A stretch of DNA of 63,948 nt, the filler included, from Globobulimina sp. (Eukaryota): the NCBI GenBank assembly GCA_003354225.1. It is 36 parts of 36 records of this genome, joined end to end, with 100 filler letters (N's around TTAATTAATTAA, not from the genome) between each part and the next. Parts side by side here need not be neighbours in the genome. Positions count along the whole stretch, not along the records: positions 33,817 to 35,495 come from PIVH01013225.1; positions 35,596 to 37,274 come from PIVH01013226.1; positions 37,375 to 39,053 come from PIVH01013227.1; positions 39,154 to 40,832 come from PIVH01013228.1; positions 40,933 to 42,611 come from PIVH01013229.1; positions 42,712 to 44,390 come from PIVH01013230.1; positions 44,491 to 46,169 come from PIVH01013231.1; positions 46,270 to 47,947 come from PIVH01013232.1; 28 more parts are not named here. One strand, 5' to 3'. Below are positions 33,819-46,638 of this stretch, one piece after another. The position numbers were made by a program, and so were the translations under genes. Position 1 is the stretch's first letter, and each line of letters opens with the position of its first letter. The notes beneath the pieces are model-generated. The model worked only from the letters and a program-made list of their open reading frames with translations. It was not told the DNA's origin and did no database searches.

Positions 33819-34625
33819 GATTCCGGTTTCCGAAATGTTAAAGCAAAACAATATAAGCCACGATTGTTACATATTTGTGGTTACAGGAAACATGTTAAAG
33901 TATATCAAGTGCCGCTGCTACATTCAAGCTTAAATAATTCGGATTCCTTTGTGCTTGATGCCGGGTTAAAAGTATTTCAATTCAATGGAATCAATGCCAG
34001 TCCGTGGGAGAAAAGAAAAGCCAATGCAATAACGGATGAATTAGAGGCATCGAGACATGGCAAAGTGGAACATTCAAATGAAAAAATTGATGGTTTGGTA
34101 GACAGCGGACAGATTGTTGATGAATTTTGGAGTTATTTTGGTGACCATGGTAAACCGGATTCGATTTTAGACGAAATCGAAGAAACAAAAGTTGCAGAAA
34201 AACACGAATTGAGTTTACATCATATATGTGATGCGAGTGGAATAACAGAGATAAATGAGGTTTGTAGGGGACAGACATTGGACAAAAATAAATTAGATTC
34301 GGATGATACCTTTATTTTGGATGCAGGAGGAATGGTATTTGTATGGATTGGGATAGGATCTACAAAAAATGAGAAACGTGAAGCTATGCAGTTTGCAGTT
34401 AGATATTTAAGTGATAGTGGAAGGGATAAATCTGTTCCAATTGAACGCGTTATTGAAGGGAAAGAATCGCAACAATTTTGGGATTGTTTTGATGGAATAC
34501 TTGTACAGAAACCAAAGAAAAGAAGGAAAAAAAGGCAAAGAAATGCAAAGAAAAACGTTGGAAATACAGTACAAGATAAAAAAATAAAAAAGGTTAACAA
34601 GAAAACTAAAAAAAAAGGTTCATAA
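33819..34625 (+). CDS. Gelsolin/severin/fragmin-family actin-binding protein, C-terminal two domains plus a basic tail, 5' partial
   Basis: DSGFRNVK..YKPRLLHI, SLNNSDSFVLDAG, LDSDDTFILDAG..VFVWIG and RVIEGKES. Confidence 0.92.
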   Translation, partial: DSGFRNVKAKQYKPRLLHICGYRKHVKVYQVPLLHSSLNNSDSFVLDAGLKVFQFNGINASPWEKRKANAITDELEASRHGKVEHSNEKIDGLVDSGQIVDEFWSYFGDHGKPDSILDEIEETKVAEKHELSLHHICDASGITEINEVCRGQTLDKNKLDSDDTFILDAGGMVFVWIGIGSTKNEKREAMQFAVRYLSDSGRDKSVPIERVIEGKESQQFWDCFDGILVQKPKKRRKKRQRNAKKNVGNTVQDKKIKKVNKKTKKKGS

Positions 34626-34866
34626 AATATATGAAGTGAAGGAACGCACAGTGTGTCAAAGTCTATCGTTTGGATATATTTATTTTATTAATTATATTAT
34701 TATCGTTTTTTATGTTTGTTTGTTTTTGCATTTTTGGTTTGTGCTACAGCTTTTTTTTGTTTTGTAAAAACATTCAAGGCGTTAAGATGCATTCACAGAA
34801 AAAGTGGGTAAAATTCTTAATTATTGTACTATTGCTTATAAAGAATACTATTCACATATTAAGTCT

Positions 34867-35495
34867 TTATATTGTTGAATGTGTTGAAATTGCATCTAAA
34901 GCAAAATCCATATCAGATGATAAACTCTTTAATAATGATATTATTTTATCCGTAGAATCTAAAACAGAAACATTATTATACTCAAATAATTTATCCTCGA
35001 TATTTCTATTTTTATTTGCATTTCTATTCTCTACATTTCTATTCTCCTCAATTCTCATTTCTTTTTCATCCACGGCCATATCCATCCATTTAACATCAAT
35101 ATCTAATAATTTTAAACACGGAAACGGTGGGATATGCAACATTCCTTTTTTATGCAATCCATCATAAACACCTTTCATATATCTTCGTACTTTTAATACG
35201 GACGTCGGAATATCAGTGGAGACTGCATTTATTAACCAACTCGGCAAATTTCCACCCAACGACACATGCGAATATAACGCAACCTTTGTATGATTCATAT
35301 TATTCTCAAAATCGGGGGTAAGATACCAAAAATCGCCATTTAAAGAGGCACGGACTAAATCTGCCTCATTTGGCGGATATTCATCATGCAATATAGACCT
35401 TGAACCCATGATAACTGCGCCATCTTCAAAAGCATAACAAAATGCAACAATCACCATATCTCTATTTGCTATAAAATATGTCGGCGTCTTCACAG
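34867..35495 (-). CDS. START lipid-transfer domain protein, C-terminal part
   Basis: NRDMVI, SILHDEYPP..VRA and SLGGNLPSWLIN motifs. Confidence 0.85.
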
Positions 35496-36609
35496 NNNNN
35501 NNNNNNNNNNNNNNNNNNNNNNNNNNNNNNNNNNNNNNNTTAATTAATTAANNNNNNNNNNNNNNNNNNNNNNNNNNNNNNNNNNNNNNNNNNNNGTACA
35601 ACTAGTCACGATATGCCTGGAGAAAGCAGATGGACCACCAGTATCATACTAAGCGCTACTTCTAGAACTACTCGAATAAATATAGTATTTAAGGGGTGCC
35701 AGTAACACTATTACCGTTTGCAGAACAGTGACAGCAAATCAGACGGGTAACCCATGGTACATTAGCTATACGCAGTTTTCTAGTTGAGTAACTTTTTAAT
35801 ATATGATCAAATGTCGGACTCCTACTTAAGCTACATACTTTCTAACTGACCTAGACTTATGGGAAACATTATCTACTCATATGGTGGACCTGTCAAGGGA
35901 TCATATAAAAATTCCTAAAGGAATCTTCGCTGTGTAATATATTATATGATTAATATATTAGCACTAATCATATATATTAGCTAATCATATGCGTATCTCT
36001 TATCGGGAACACTACTGTACTTAGTTACAAAGTGAAGCTCTCAAATGTTAGTAAAAATAGAAAATTTAAATGTTGACGCACTTTTTATGTCACCTAAAAT
36101 AAACTGCGTTAGTAAAAGCTCTAACGTAATCGACTGGTCTGCCAAGACAGTTGTTAGGAAATACTGTGCCTGGTTTGAACTTTGAAGCAATGTTAGTTCC
36201 GTTAAATGTAAATATCAATCGAACGGATTTGTTAATTGGTTAATTGATGCTCTTAAGGTCGTCGATCCGTTTTTTGAGCTGATTTGAGCTGATTTTTGCT
36301 TGATTGTAACTCGATGTAACTTGCTTCAAACAATTTTATTTTTTCACAGCTGATAGATACATATCTTATGTATTTTGTCACAGGAGGGTTTTGCCATTGG
36401 TGCTACTTAATTAGTCATTTAAGCATCATCATTCTCAAAAAACCTCAAAGTCATCTTCATCTATCATCACATTTTTCAATCTTAAAAGTTAGTCAGGAAT
36501 TTAATTTTTTCAGGGAATCCAAGGTATGATATTATTTGTTGTTTTTGTGTATTATAAGCAAAATGGTAAATACCATTTACACAAAAACAAACATACAAAA
36601 TATAGCAAT

Positions 36610-37213
36610 ATGGCCGATCTAAAATGGTCAATCAACACATTAAAAAAGAAGAAAATGAAATTATTGGCACAGTTATTGGTCGTAGATGAATGTAAATGGA
36701 TGGAATTGGCAAAAGCAGATAAAAATGCATTTATTGAGTTTTTTTATGATAGCAACGCAAATAAAAAAGGCACGGAATCTGCCATAACCGCATTCCCTCT
36801 CACGAACAGAAAAGATGAATGATAAAATTAAACGGATTCGGTTACACCGCAAATCATTCCCTTCCGCATCCACACCAGACCTGCCGTTACAGCATAACTT
36901 GAAAAGCGGTAAGAAAATATCATTGAAACCGCTCAGTGGATTTGGTTTAGTGGATTTTGGATTTATTGGTATTTTTCAGAACATATTATTTGATTTGAAT
37001 AAATTTATAAACAAAGACAATGACGACACATTAATTAAAACGTGTACATGTAAGGAGTCGATATTACGTGGTTATAATAACAAAACCACAGCATATACAA
37101 TGTCATGCGACATAGCATGTAAATGTGGCGCATTTGTTTGCCGATTCAACTTCGGTGAGGGCACATTTTTTGCGGAACAGAATTGTGGAGTTTTCTTACT
37201 TGTGAAACAGTAG
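36610..37213 (+). pseudogene. Two overlapping short ORFs, probably one frameshifted hypothetical gene with a Cys cluster
   Basis: ORFs 36526-36822 and 36815-37213 overlap by 8 nt. The second has CTC...CDIACKC. Confidence 0.3.
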
Positions 37214-37374
37214 TGTGGAGCAAAAAAAATAAATCCACCAAGCTTTTTTCATGTCAACATTAAATACCCGACATNNNNNNNNNNNNNNNNNNNNNNNNNN
37301 NNNNNNNNNNNNNNNNNNTTAATTAATTAANNNNNNNNNNNNNNNNNNNNNNNNNNNNNNNNNNNNNNNNNNNN

Positions 37375-38495
37375 GTCGGTGAATGTGTTGGTAATAGTGT
37401 TGTAGGCGAATTGGTTGGTGGTAATGTCTGATTTGTAGGCGACAATGTAGGCGGACCCAAATAATTTGATTTTATCCAAATGGATGGTTTTATTAATTCA
37501 CCGTGATTATCCTGCGATGTTTGTCCACCAAATAAATAAATTTCATAATTAGCTGTTATTCCAGCAGTGTAACACAATGCATTCGGTAACAATGGACCAG
37601 GGATAATAGCAAATACATTCTGATGCACAAACACCATATAATTTGTTTCATTGCTACATTTTTGTTGCTTTATATCCCATCCGCCAATGATATAAATCAA
37701 ATCATGGATTTCCGTAACGACTGGCTGTTGCGGTGAATATGGTAATGTGTCATTTGATAATATCCATCTTTCATTCTGTAAAGTATTTAAATCCGCAATA
37801 TATAATGACCATATTTCATTGGATTGTATTTTTTCAAGCGGTTTACTGATATTTGGCATATATTCGCCACCAATAATATATAAATAATCATTTGTGCTCA
37901 CAAAACAGCCAAAATTTGACGCTGGGAATGGTAAGTTGGTGCCCTGTCCTTTTAATTCATTATTGTCAATGTCATAAATATAAAAAGTATCATAATATTG
38001 GTCATAGGAAGCATGGTTGCTAGAACCGCCTAAAATAAATATATATTTATTATCATTTGACTTTGAAACACATGGCGTTTCGGAATAACCGCTATTAGGT
38101 AAGCTCCAATTTAATGCCGTAAATGAGGAAGTTGATAAGGAAAATGAATTTAAATTATTCCATGGGAATATATCTATGAAATACATGTGATTTGCAATGG
38201 TGACAAAATCATTTGTAACTTGCAAGTCAATTTCTCCCCTATGACCGTTTGGATATTTTAGCATTTCAAATGTTAAGGAATCGATATAAAAATGCATATA
38301 GGCCTTACCGTATGGCGCATTTGGACTCAATATTGTTATCATTTCACTTGTTTCATTGTACGCAGTCATTGCACCTGATATGCCGACTGGAAGCGTATTG
38401 TATGATGTCCATGATTTTATTGCTGGGCGCAACGAGTTTAAAATATTGATGCTATATAAACATAATACTGCTAATGCTTTGGAAACGGTGGTCAT
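37375..38495 (-). CDS. Secreted/surface Kelch-repeat beta-propeller protein with a PT-repeat stalk, 3' partial
   Basis: Signal peptide; repeated Y(I/L)xxGG Kelch motifs; PTLSPTNQTLPPTNSPT stalk. Confidence 0.85.
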
Positions 38496-38544
38496 TGTTT
38501 AGGGTATGAATGTTTTCACTGATTTTTAATTAAACATTTGCGTG

Positions 38545-39053
38545 ATGGGTGCTCTTTGTTGTAATTCTGCAGTTAATTCTAAAGAAGAAAAATTATTGAA
38601 TATTAATGATGATATTGGCGCTGGCAATATTGAAGTAGTCGCGCCAACAAATATTTGTGTGGATGATAACGTTAATCATCAAGAGATTGCAGAGATACAT
38701 AAATACTCAAATGACAGTGATATCGATGATAAAAATGACATAGATTTGCCAAACCAAAATGTGTTAACATTGGAATCAACAAAAAGTTGGAATGCGATCA
38801 AAACCGAAACGCTGGAACGAGAGTTGAAAAAAAAGATCGTCAAAATGAATTATCATGAAACTGGAGATCAAAAATCAATTATGGATGATATGGATAATAA
38901 CGATGCGAGTGTATCAGAATCAGAATCAGAATCAGATTTAAGCTCACTTGAAATGGATAATAATATCGATGAAAAAACACAAAATTTTAAAGACGATAGG
39001 CGTCCATCAAATTTGTTTAGAGCGCAATCAAGGGATTCATGGAGGAGTGGTGG
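38545..39053 (+). CDS. Acidic, probably N-myristoylated/palmitoylated protein (MGALCC), 3' partial
   Basis: MGxxCC N-terminus followed by D/E/N/S-rich sequence. Confidence 0.6.
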
Positions 39054-39315
39054 NNNNNNNNNNNNNNNNNNNNNNNNNNNNNNNNNNNNNNNNNNNNTTA
39101 ATTAATTAANNNNNNNNNNNNNNNNNNNNNNNNNNNNNNNNNNNNNNNNNNNNCATAACAAATTTATAATTGAATTTTCGGTATACAAAGGGGGTTATCT
39201 AATGGAATATATCGTTAAGCCAAAAAAGTTAAATATTGATTTTACAAATCAACATGACGCGGAATTATAGGAATCTAATTTGTACAAATAGTCTATTTAC
39301 GCATATATATTAAAA

Positions 39316-40552
39316 TTACTTTTTAAGGGCATACATTGATAAATTATTTGAAAGATCGGCAACTACAATTTGTGCGAGATCATTCCCAGTACAAACCATC
39401 GAATTTGGTTTTTCTGTCAATGGAATTCTAAATTTTGATTCAATTTTTAATTCATTATCCTGTTCATTTAATTTCCAATCACTGATCATCAAAAATTTAT
39501 CGGTTCCCGCTGACACCAACCAATCATTGTGATATCCAAACGAACTGTCAATATATAATCAAAATACATAACACAATCATAACAAATAGGACTTAACAAA
39601 TAGGACTTAACATATCAGAAACAGCCGAACTATGCATATCCACGCAACAAACCGGATCATCCACAATATCGATATCGATATCGATGTCATCTTCATCGGT
39701 TTTAGCCTCATTTTGCATATCGATATGCATATTTATAGTCGGTGCATATAAAGCAATCGTACCATTCCCCAAAGCAATCGCAATCAAACCTTGTTTAATA
39801 TCTTTTGTATTTTTCAATACTTTGGAATCCAAACTGTATATAAAAGGTGGATTTACAGTGAGTGTATTCTTTTGTTGTTCAATTGCTACATTCTTTGCTA
39901 TCATATCTTGCATATTATATGAGAATGCATTTTCTAATTTATTGGCTGCAAATTGATACAATTGGGCGTCGGTCCCACCACGAAAACCAACATCTAACTG
40001 AGGGATGGTTGTGACTGCTGTGCATAATGCATTGTCATGAAAACGTATTGATTCGCTAATTTGTTTGGATGCTATATCATATTTTGTTACTTTTCCTGCA
40101 TCATCGCCAATAAATAATGAGTTCAATTTGTGATCATAACAAATCTGTGATATTTCATCTTTACATTCTAAAAATGAACAAATTTGCTTTGGCTGTCGGA
40201 TCATTCTAACGTCAAACTCATAAAGTTTGCAATCTGACGCCGATGCCCAAATTATACTTTTATAGCTTGCTATATCTGTTATTTCTCCTTTTTGCGTTAA
40301 ATTCAATGAAATTCCACATTTTTTTGACCGAATATCCCACACTTTTATGAATTTATCCTGTGTGTTTTTTTGTGTTTTGTGTTTTATGTTTAATCATTTT
40401 AAGCACATTCAAGATACCTCAGCGCCGGACATTATTCTGTTTGGCAAACCAGATGACCAATCTACACATGTTATACTTGATAAATGTGCGTCTTTAAGTT
40501 TGGTTAATTTAAAAGTGGCTTTATTTTGCTGTGGGAATGCAGGAGCTGCCAT
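39316..40552 (-). CDS. WD40-repeat protein (WDR53-like); predicted introns 40358-40417 and 39545-39611
   Basis: Splicing gives AHLSSITCVDW..SGAEDKFIKVWDIR and ISFGYHNDWLVSAGTDK. An NPPFIYSL motif is also present. Confidence 0.8.
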
Positions 40553-40933
40553 GTTAATTTTATTCACGTCAAGAAAAAACAGAATTAATTTAACAACAAA
40601 ACATAATAATAAGAGAATCACAAACCAATCAATGAAATAAAAAAAAAGCAGAAAAAAGAAGATATTTTTATTATCAATCATAACATCGAAAAATCAAAAA
40701 CAAAAACAAAAAAAAGCAAACAAACAAACCACAAAAAAAATCGTTACGTACAAAATCACATTAAGTTTTTTGAATTATTATTGATTCGAAACTAGATACA
40801 ATGCACATATTAATATACTGTATATTTTATACNNNNNNNNNNNNNNNNNNNNNNNNNNNNNNNNNNNNNNNNNNNNTTAATTAATTAANNNNNNNNNNNN
40901 NNNNNNNNNNNNNNNNNNNNNNNNNNNNNNNNT

Positions 40934-41995
40934 CCAGATAAGTTTAGATCACAAACAATATTTGGAAAATATGAAAAGATTTATCGACGCCCGGTAACAT
41001 TTAAAAAAAATTGTGTTGAATTTATCAAACAAGAGAAGGAAGAAAAAATAAAACTGCGTAAAGTGATTCATTTTGATAACATAGCAAATAACGAAGAACG
41101 GCATGTGAAAAACATTAAATTATTATTATCGGAAAATGGCTTGAAAATGTATGGATACTCAGAATTGAACGGTTTATTTTTTATTCCCAATTACTTATCA
41201 ACAAAGCAACAATTTGAATGGATTAAAAAATCAATACAAGAATTCTCGAATGCTCCATATAATAATTTGACAAACTTAGATGAAAATGGTGATAAAAGTT
41301 GGCGAGAAGCAGTACGTAAAAATAGTTATTCATCATTTAGGGAATTGACATGGAGTAATATTGGAATTCAGTATGATTGGACGGAGAGACGTTACAATTT
41401 AAATAATATTACAGCCGCGATACCAAAGTGTATGTTGAATTTATGCGAGAAATGTAATGCTTTATTAAAAAATATTGATTCGATGGATTCAAAAACAGAT
41501 ATCGATGAAAATGGGTTGAGATTTAGTATGGAAACAGTGGCTCAAACCGCTATAATAAATTTCTTTGAAGTAAATAAAAAACGGCCAATGGGCGGACATA
41601 AAGATGCCGCGGAATTGATCAATGCTCCGTTAATATCGGTTAGTTTAGGAAATAATGCAATTTTCTTAATTTCCAACGATGATAATGTTGAACCAATAGC
41701 AATATGGCTCAAAAGCGGTGATATGTTAATTATGTCTGGTAAGGCACGCTTTGCATTGCATTGTGTTGCGAGAGTTGTGCCGCATTCGTGTCCAAACGCG
41801 TTAATTGAATATTTTAATCAAGAAATTGAAAATCAACAAATGAATATGCATCTGGATAGCAAAAAAGAATTGGAATTGATGAAGGAATATATTATGCAAA
41901 CTAGAATTAATTTTAATATTCGACAAGTTGTTGAGATTGACAATGGCAGTGACAATGAGCTTGCACTTGATTTTCATGAAATTCATTCTTTCTAA
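40934..41995 (+). CDS. ALKBH1: AlkB-family Fe(II)/2OG dioxygenase, ALKBH1-like, 5' partial
   Basis: GIQYDWTERRY, MGGHKD (HxD), LISVSLG, LKSGD, ALHCV (distal H) and RINFNIRQV. Confidence 0.88.
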   Translation, partial: PDKFRSQTIFGKYEKIYRRPVTFKKNCVEFIKQEKEEKIKLRKVIHFDNIANNEERHVKNIKLLLSENGLKMYGYSELNGLFFIPNYLSTKQQFEWIKKSIQEFSNAPYNNLTNLDENGDKSWREAVRKNSYSSFRELTWSNIGIQYDWTERRYNLNNITAAIPKCMLNLCEKCNALLKNIDSMDSKTDIDENGLRFSMETVAQTAIINFFEVNKKRPMGGHKDAAELINAPLISVSLGNNAIFLISNDDNVEPIAIWLKSGDMLIMSGKARFALHCVARVVPHSCPNALIEYFNQEIENQQMNMHLDSKKELELMKEYIMQTRINFNIRQVVEIDNGSDNELALDFHEIHSF

Positions 41996-42337
41996 AATTA
42001 TTTTGATTTTCTAGTATTAATTAAACACAACAAAACACGCGACAAAACATCGATTGATATTAAAAACAGATTACAAAACACAAACAAAACACTCCGCAAA
42101 ACACTGCACAAAACACTGCACACTGCACAAAACACATAACTGTGTCATAAATCATAATACATTCGTCAATTATCTACTGATCACACCACGCCACAGAATT
42201 GCAATATTTTGATTTGTTTTTAATTTCATGTGCAAGTGTGCTGTATTTCAAGCACTAAATTTGACTCATGTTTGGACAGTTTTCTGGTAGAAACAATATT
42301 ATTATTAGTTGCAGCATTGTTTGTAGCTTCAGATTCA

Positions 42338-42547
42338 GAGCCTAGGTTTCCTAAATAGTTGCCGCGCAACTATTTAGTTGCTATTTCATTACAAAAATGA
42401 AAATAGGCAACTTTTTAGTTGCTTTTTCAGCACAAAAACGAAAAATGCCAACTATTTAGTTGCTATTCCAATCTAAAAACGAAAATGAGCAACTATTTAG
42501 TTGCTATTTAGCAACTATTTAGGCAACTAATTAGGAAACCTAGGCTC
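42338..42547. mobile_element. 210-bp non-autonomous TIR element (MITE) with 26-bp TIRs, an 8-bp TSD (CAGATTCA) and internal 41-bp-period palindromic repeats
   Basis: TIR GAGCCTAGGTTTCCTAA(A/T)TAGTTGCC with 1 mismatch. CAGATTCA occurs at 42330-42337 and 42548-42555. Confidence 0.9.
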
Positions 42548-42906
42548 CAGATTCATTTGGTGTTGTCTTGTTTTTACACTCTGTTTCGGATCGAACAAAA
42601 TAGCAAACAGTNNNNNNNNNNNNNNNNNNNNNNNNNNNNNNNNNNNNNNNNNNNNTTAATTAATTAANNNNNNNNNNNNNNNNNNNNNNNNNNNNNNNNN
42701 NNNNNNNNNNNATAATTCAGCTTGATCCATTATATCAAGTAAACAAGTAAATTTCAACCACGATCGAGTATGTTGATTGGTACGGGTAAGAGCGGTCATG
42801 TTTGAGATTCAGAGAAAAATGTTTTGCAAAACTTTAACTGAAATCTTAAATAAAAAGGCACAATCGAATCATACCGTATATAGTGCAAAATTTGCAGCGA
42901 TCTTAG

Positions 42907-44364
42907 ATGCAATATGAATGTATCGAATCACAGTGCGATGCACAGATACAAAAAGATCTGATATACCATTTGTACATTGAGAATGTTGGTGATATTCAAT
43001 TCAATGTCAGAGTATTTACTGATGATACATTTCGAACCATTCTAAAAAATGTTCTTGGAGGAATCTTTAATATTGTTTCAAATCCTAAATGTAACCTAAC
43101 AACAGAAGACGTGCAACATTATCGTTATGTTGCTAATAAATTCCCTCAACGTTACATTAATAATTCACATTCTTATCACCCATTGTTATATTTGCAAATC
43201 GCACCAAAATTGGTTGAGAAACAAAATGTTTATATGGAAGATTATGCTGTTAAACTATTAAACGATGATAAATCATCAATTTCATTAAATATGAGATATT
43301 GTGATAAAGAATGGGTGATTTATGGGTCCAATGGAATAAAAATAGTGCATTATACATTATTGTATTACCAAATACAAATATAAATGAAAAACATAAAAAA
43401 AATAAGAAACACAAACTTTGGTCATTAGAAAGCTTAAGTTATTTGGATGATATGGCACAACTCGTAAAAGCACTGGACTCTGAAACTGAAGATGTAAAAT
43501 TCCAACGTTTGCACATCCACACTTTGGTGAAATTATCATGGTCACGAAAACAACAACACATAGAATCAATAATTGAATATGATATAATTCCTTTAGCGAT
43601 TAAGAAATTGTCCTCCAACTCTGTCATGTTGATACATTATGCACTGTCTATAATTTTGAATATAACCAAAGAATCGTATGTTATGATTGATATTTTATTG
43701 GATCATTATAGTATTTTGTACCATTTAGAAGCAATGTTGCATTATATATCATATTGAACCAGAATTGCTTGAAACTGTCACAAACATTCTGTATAGAATA
43801 ACGCATCGAACACATCTCCAAATACAATATAAATATCATATACGCAGGTTATTAATGGACCATTCAGTCCATTATGCGGTGGCAAATGTGATCCCTAAAA
43901 TATATGACATGTTATGTACATATGTACCTATCATAACTCAGTCAAATAGACATATTTGCGGCCATTGTGGTAAAGCAGGTGCCAACAGTCGATGCTCTGC
44001 ATGCAAAGTAGTTTATTATTGTAACGAGTTATGTCAAAAGAAAAATTGGGACAAAGGACATAATACAGTCTGTAGATACCAACAGTTACATTTTAACGAA
44101 CAAATCATGCCGTATTGTAAGGCCATATTCATTGACTGGAATACGTCCGTTTTGCTATGCAGTGGATATTTTCATGAAAGTTTGTTTAATTGCATTGAGT
44201 CTTTTATTTTGGATTTATGCATCAAATACTTATTTGATGCAGGCAACATTGCAAATAATTTGATTAAAATATTAAAATACTCTTCGAATAGCAAAGATTC
44301 ACTTTTCAATACATTATCAACTTTTAAAAATATCATCACAGACAATATATATTTGGTGAGTTAG
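42907..44364 (+). pseudogene. Fragmented gene with ARM-like repeats and a MYND zinc finger (frames 42907-43383, 43311-43757, 43765-44364)
   Basis: MYND CGHC..RCSACKVVYYCNELCQKKNW..H..C and ARM-like IIEYDIIPLAIKKL..ALSIILNIT. The frame breaks have no obvious intron. Confidence 0.6.
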
Positions 44365-44623
44365 TACATGTTTGTCTATATTTTTTAGTTNNNNNNNNNN
44401 NNNNNNNNNNNNNNNNNNNNNNNNNNNNNNNNNNTTAATTAATTAANNNNNNNNNNNNNNNNNNNNNNNNNNNNNNNNNNNNNNNNNNNNTGAAAGCTGT
44501 ACAAGTACAAAACAATAAAAATACAAACTTAAGAAACGCTTTGTTCTTAATCAAATATTTTAATTAAACAAGTTTTATATAATTAAACAAATTTGGAAAT
44601 TTAAAAGCTGATAAATACATTAT

Positions 44624-46169
44624 TTACAACAAATCGATAAAATTATGATGATATCCTTGAATTTTACAATTTTTATTTGAAATTGTAAAACAAAAAATAT
44701 CCGTACAATGCACAGTTGTAAATTGATAAATTGTGTTATATTTCGCATTCATTGCATTTAATTTATTTAACCAATTTTCAACCATATTCAACCATACACC
44801 ATCGCCATTTATCTCATTATACCGCCTCCTATTTTCCATCCTTACTCTCAATGCAAAATCCGACAAATTATTATGAAAATTACATAATAAATCTCGCAAT
44901 TTAACAACCATTTCTTCTAAAAAATCTGCTATTTCGTCATTCCAATTGCAATGAAATCCGAGTACTAAATATTTATTCTTTTTTTCACTGCATTTATTAT
45001 TCATATTCGTCGCCATCTGCATATTATCGCATACTTTGTGCATTACATACGACAAATATTTGGATTGTATATTTATTTGCAATCGACGCAAATTATGCTG
45101 CGTCTTGAATATCCAACAAATGGCTCTGTTCAACATCTTTTCATTGTCGCTCGAGATTTTCACCCGCCGCAATAAATTCACTTTTGCATTTTCAAAGCAC
45201 TCTAATATCGAACTGTAGCCATGCATATACAACACCAATTCCTCCAATTTGGGGAAACCAAAAGTGTTGACCTGGACATTATATATTTTATTATTTGACA
45301 GATATTTATATACAGTGTTCAACAGACCTTTATATTATTCACTTGCCACAATGCCAATGCCTGCAGTTTATGGCCAATGCAATGTATAATAGTTTGCGTT
45401 AATTGTTTGTTTACATTATAAGTACAAACCAACCTTTTTAAATTCGGAAACCATTTACGAATATCACACTCATTTAAAATATAACCTTTTGTCAAATGAA
45501 TGTCCCACAAAACTAACTCAGAAATCATCGTAAAACGGCTTAATAATTTACCAAATAACACGCCATTATATCCACATAAATTTGTGCCAAAATTAGCTAA
45601 AGCTAATTTGGACAATTTCTCCTTGTTAAAAGTGATGGAGTTATTATTCATAAATGTTGCTGTATCCGATTCATTGCCATTCAAATTGGACAGTTTTAAT
45701 GTTTCTAAACAATTCTCATTCCATATCGACAATTTATGCTTGTTTTGGTTATAATATTCATTAAAATATTTTAGATTTATAACCAAGGATTTGATCCATT
45801 TGAATCGATGCAATGACAGATTTGTTGGGTATTTGCGCAAAGGTAAATGTTGCAATTTGCAGGGCAAATGACAGGAAATGTATGTTTTCATGCAACATCT
45901 GGCAAAGTTAAAATAATCGCAATATGATAAATAAGATGCTGTGTTTGATACTAATGCGGATGGCAATTTGTTGAGGAAATTGTGGCTAATTTGCTTTGTT
46001 TGGTGTGTGTTTGTGGCAAAGTGTTTGTGCCGTCTGCTTATGATTGCTGATATTATTGATATTGTGTCAATTAATTTGATAGTTTCTCTCTTTTTTGTAT
46101 GTATTGGATTCGTTTTATTCTCCATACATTGCTCAAATAGTAATTCAACAAATATTTTGCGACCGGTCA
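44624..46169 (-). CDS. F-box-like / leucine-rich-repeat protein; predicted intron 45272-45327; 5' partial
   Basis: LNKLPSALVSNTASYL F-box-like segment, followed by FPNLKRL / FPKLEEL / NLRRL repeats. Confidence 0.7.
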
Positions 46170-46638
46170 NNNNNNNNNNNNNNNNNNNNNNNNNNNNNNN
46201 NNNNNNNNNNNNNTTAATTAATTAANNNNNNNNNNNNNNNNNNNNNNNNNNNNNNNNNNNNNNNNNNNNCTCCGATGTGAGTGGGATGGATATCATTGGC
46301 CCACAAATGCCGGATGTACCCATATTGTCCAAAGTCGAGATTTATTCAAATTCGCGATCAATGGATCAGCATAAAATGTGACCCTTTTGTGTGCATTCAA
46401 TTGTTTATTTAATTAATTTTGATGTTTAAATACTTATATTTATTTGTTTTGTTTGTTTTTAAATTATTAATAATTGAGCGTGTGTTGTTAAATGTATTTG
46501 TATACAATCCAGATTTGTTCATTGTATTTTTTTGTTTCTTTTTTGTTTGCGATTCATTATTATTATCATAAATGCAGAACGTTTTTTGTTGGCTGACGAT
46601 ATCGTATTAAAATTTGCTGAAGTAAAAAAGTGCAAACA

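Noticed and set aside
35596..36500. Possible RNA gene or element in the long ORF-free region
   Set aside because: No tRNA, rRNA or snRNA motif, TIR or TSD could be recognised by eye.
42366..42510. CRISPR array
   Set aside because: The repeats are only ~17 nt, the spacers resemble one another, no cas genes are present, and the array lies inside TIRs with a TSD. It is a MITE.
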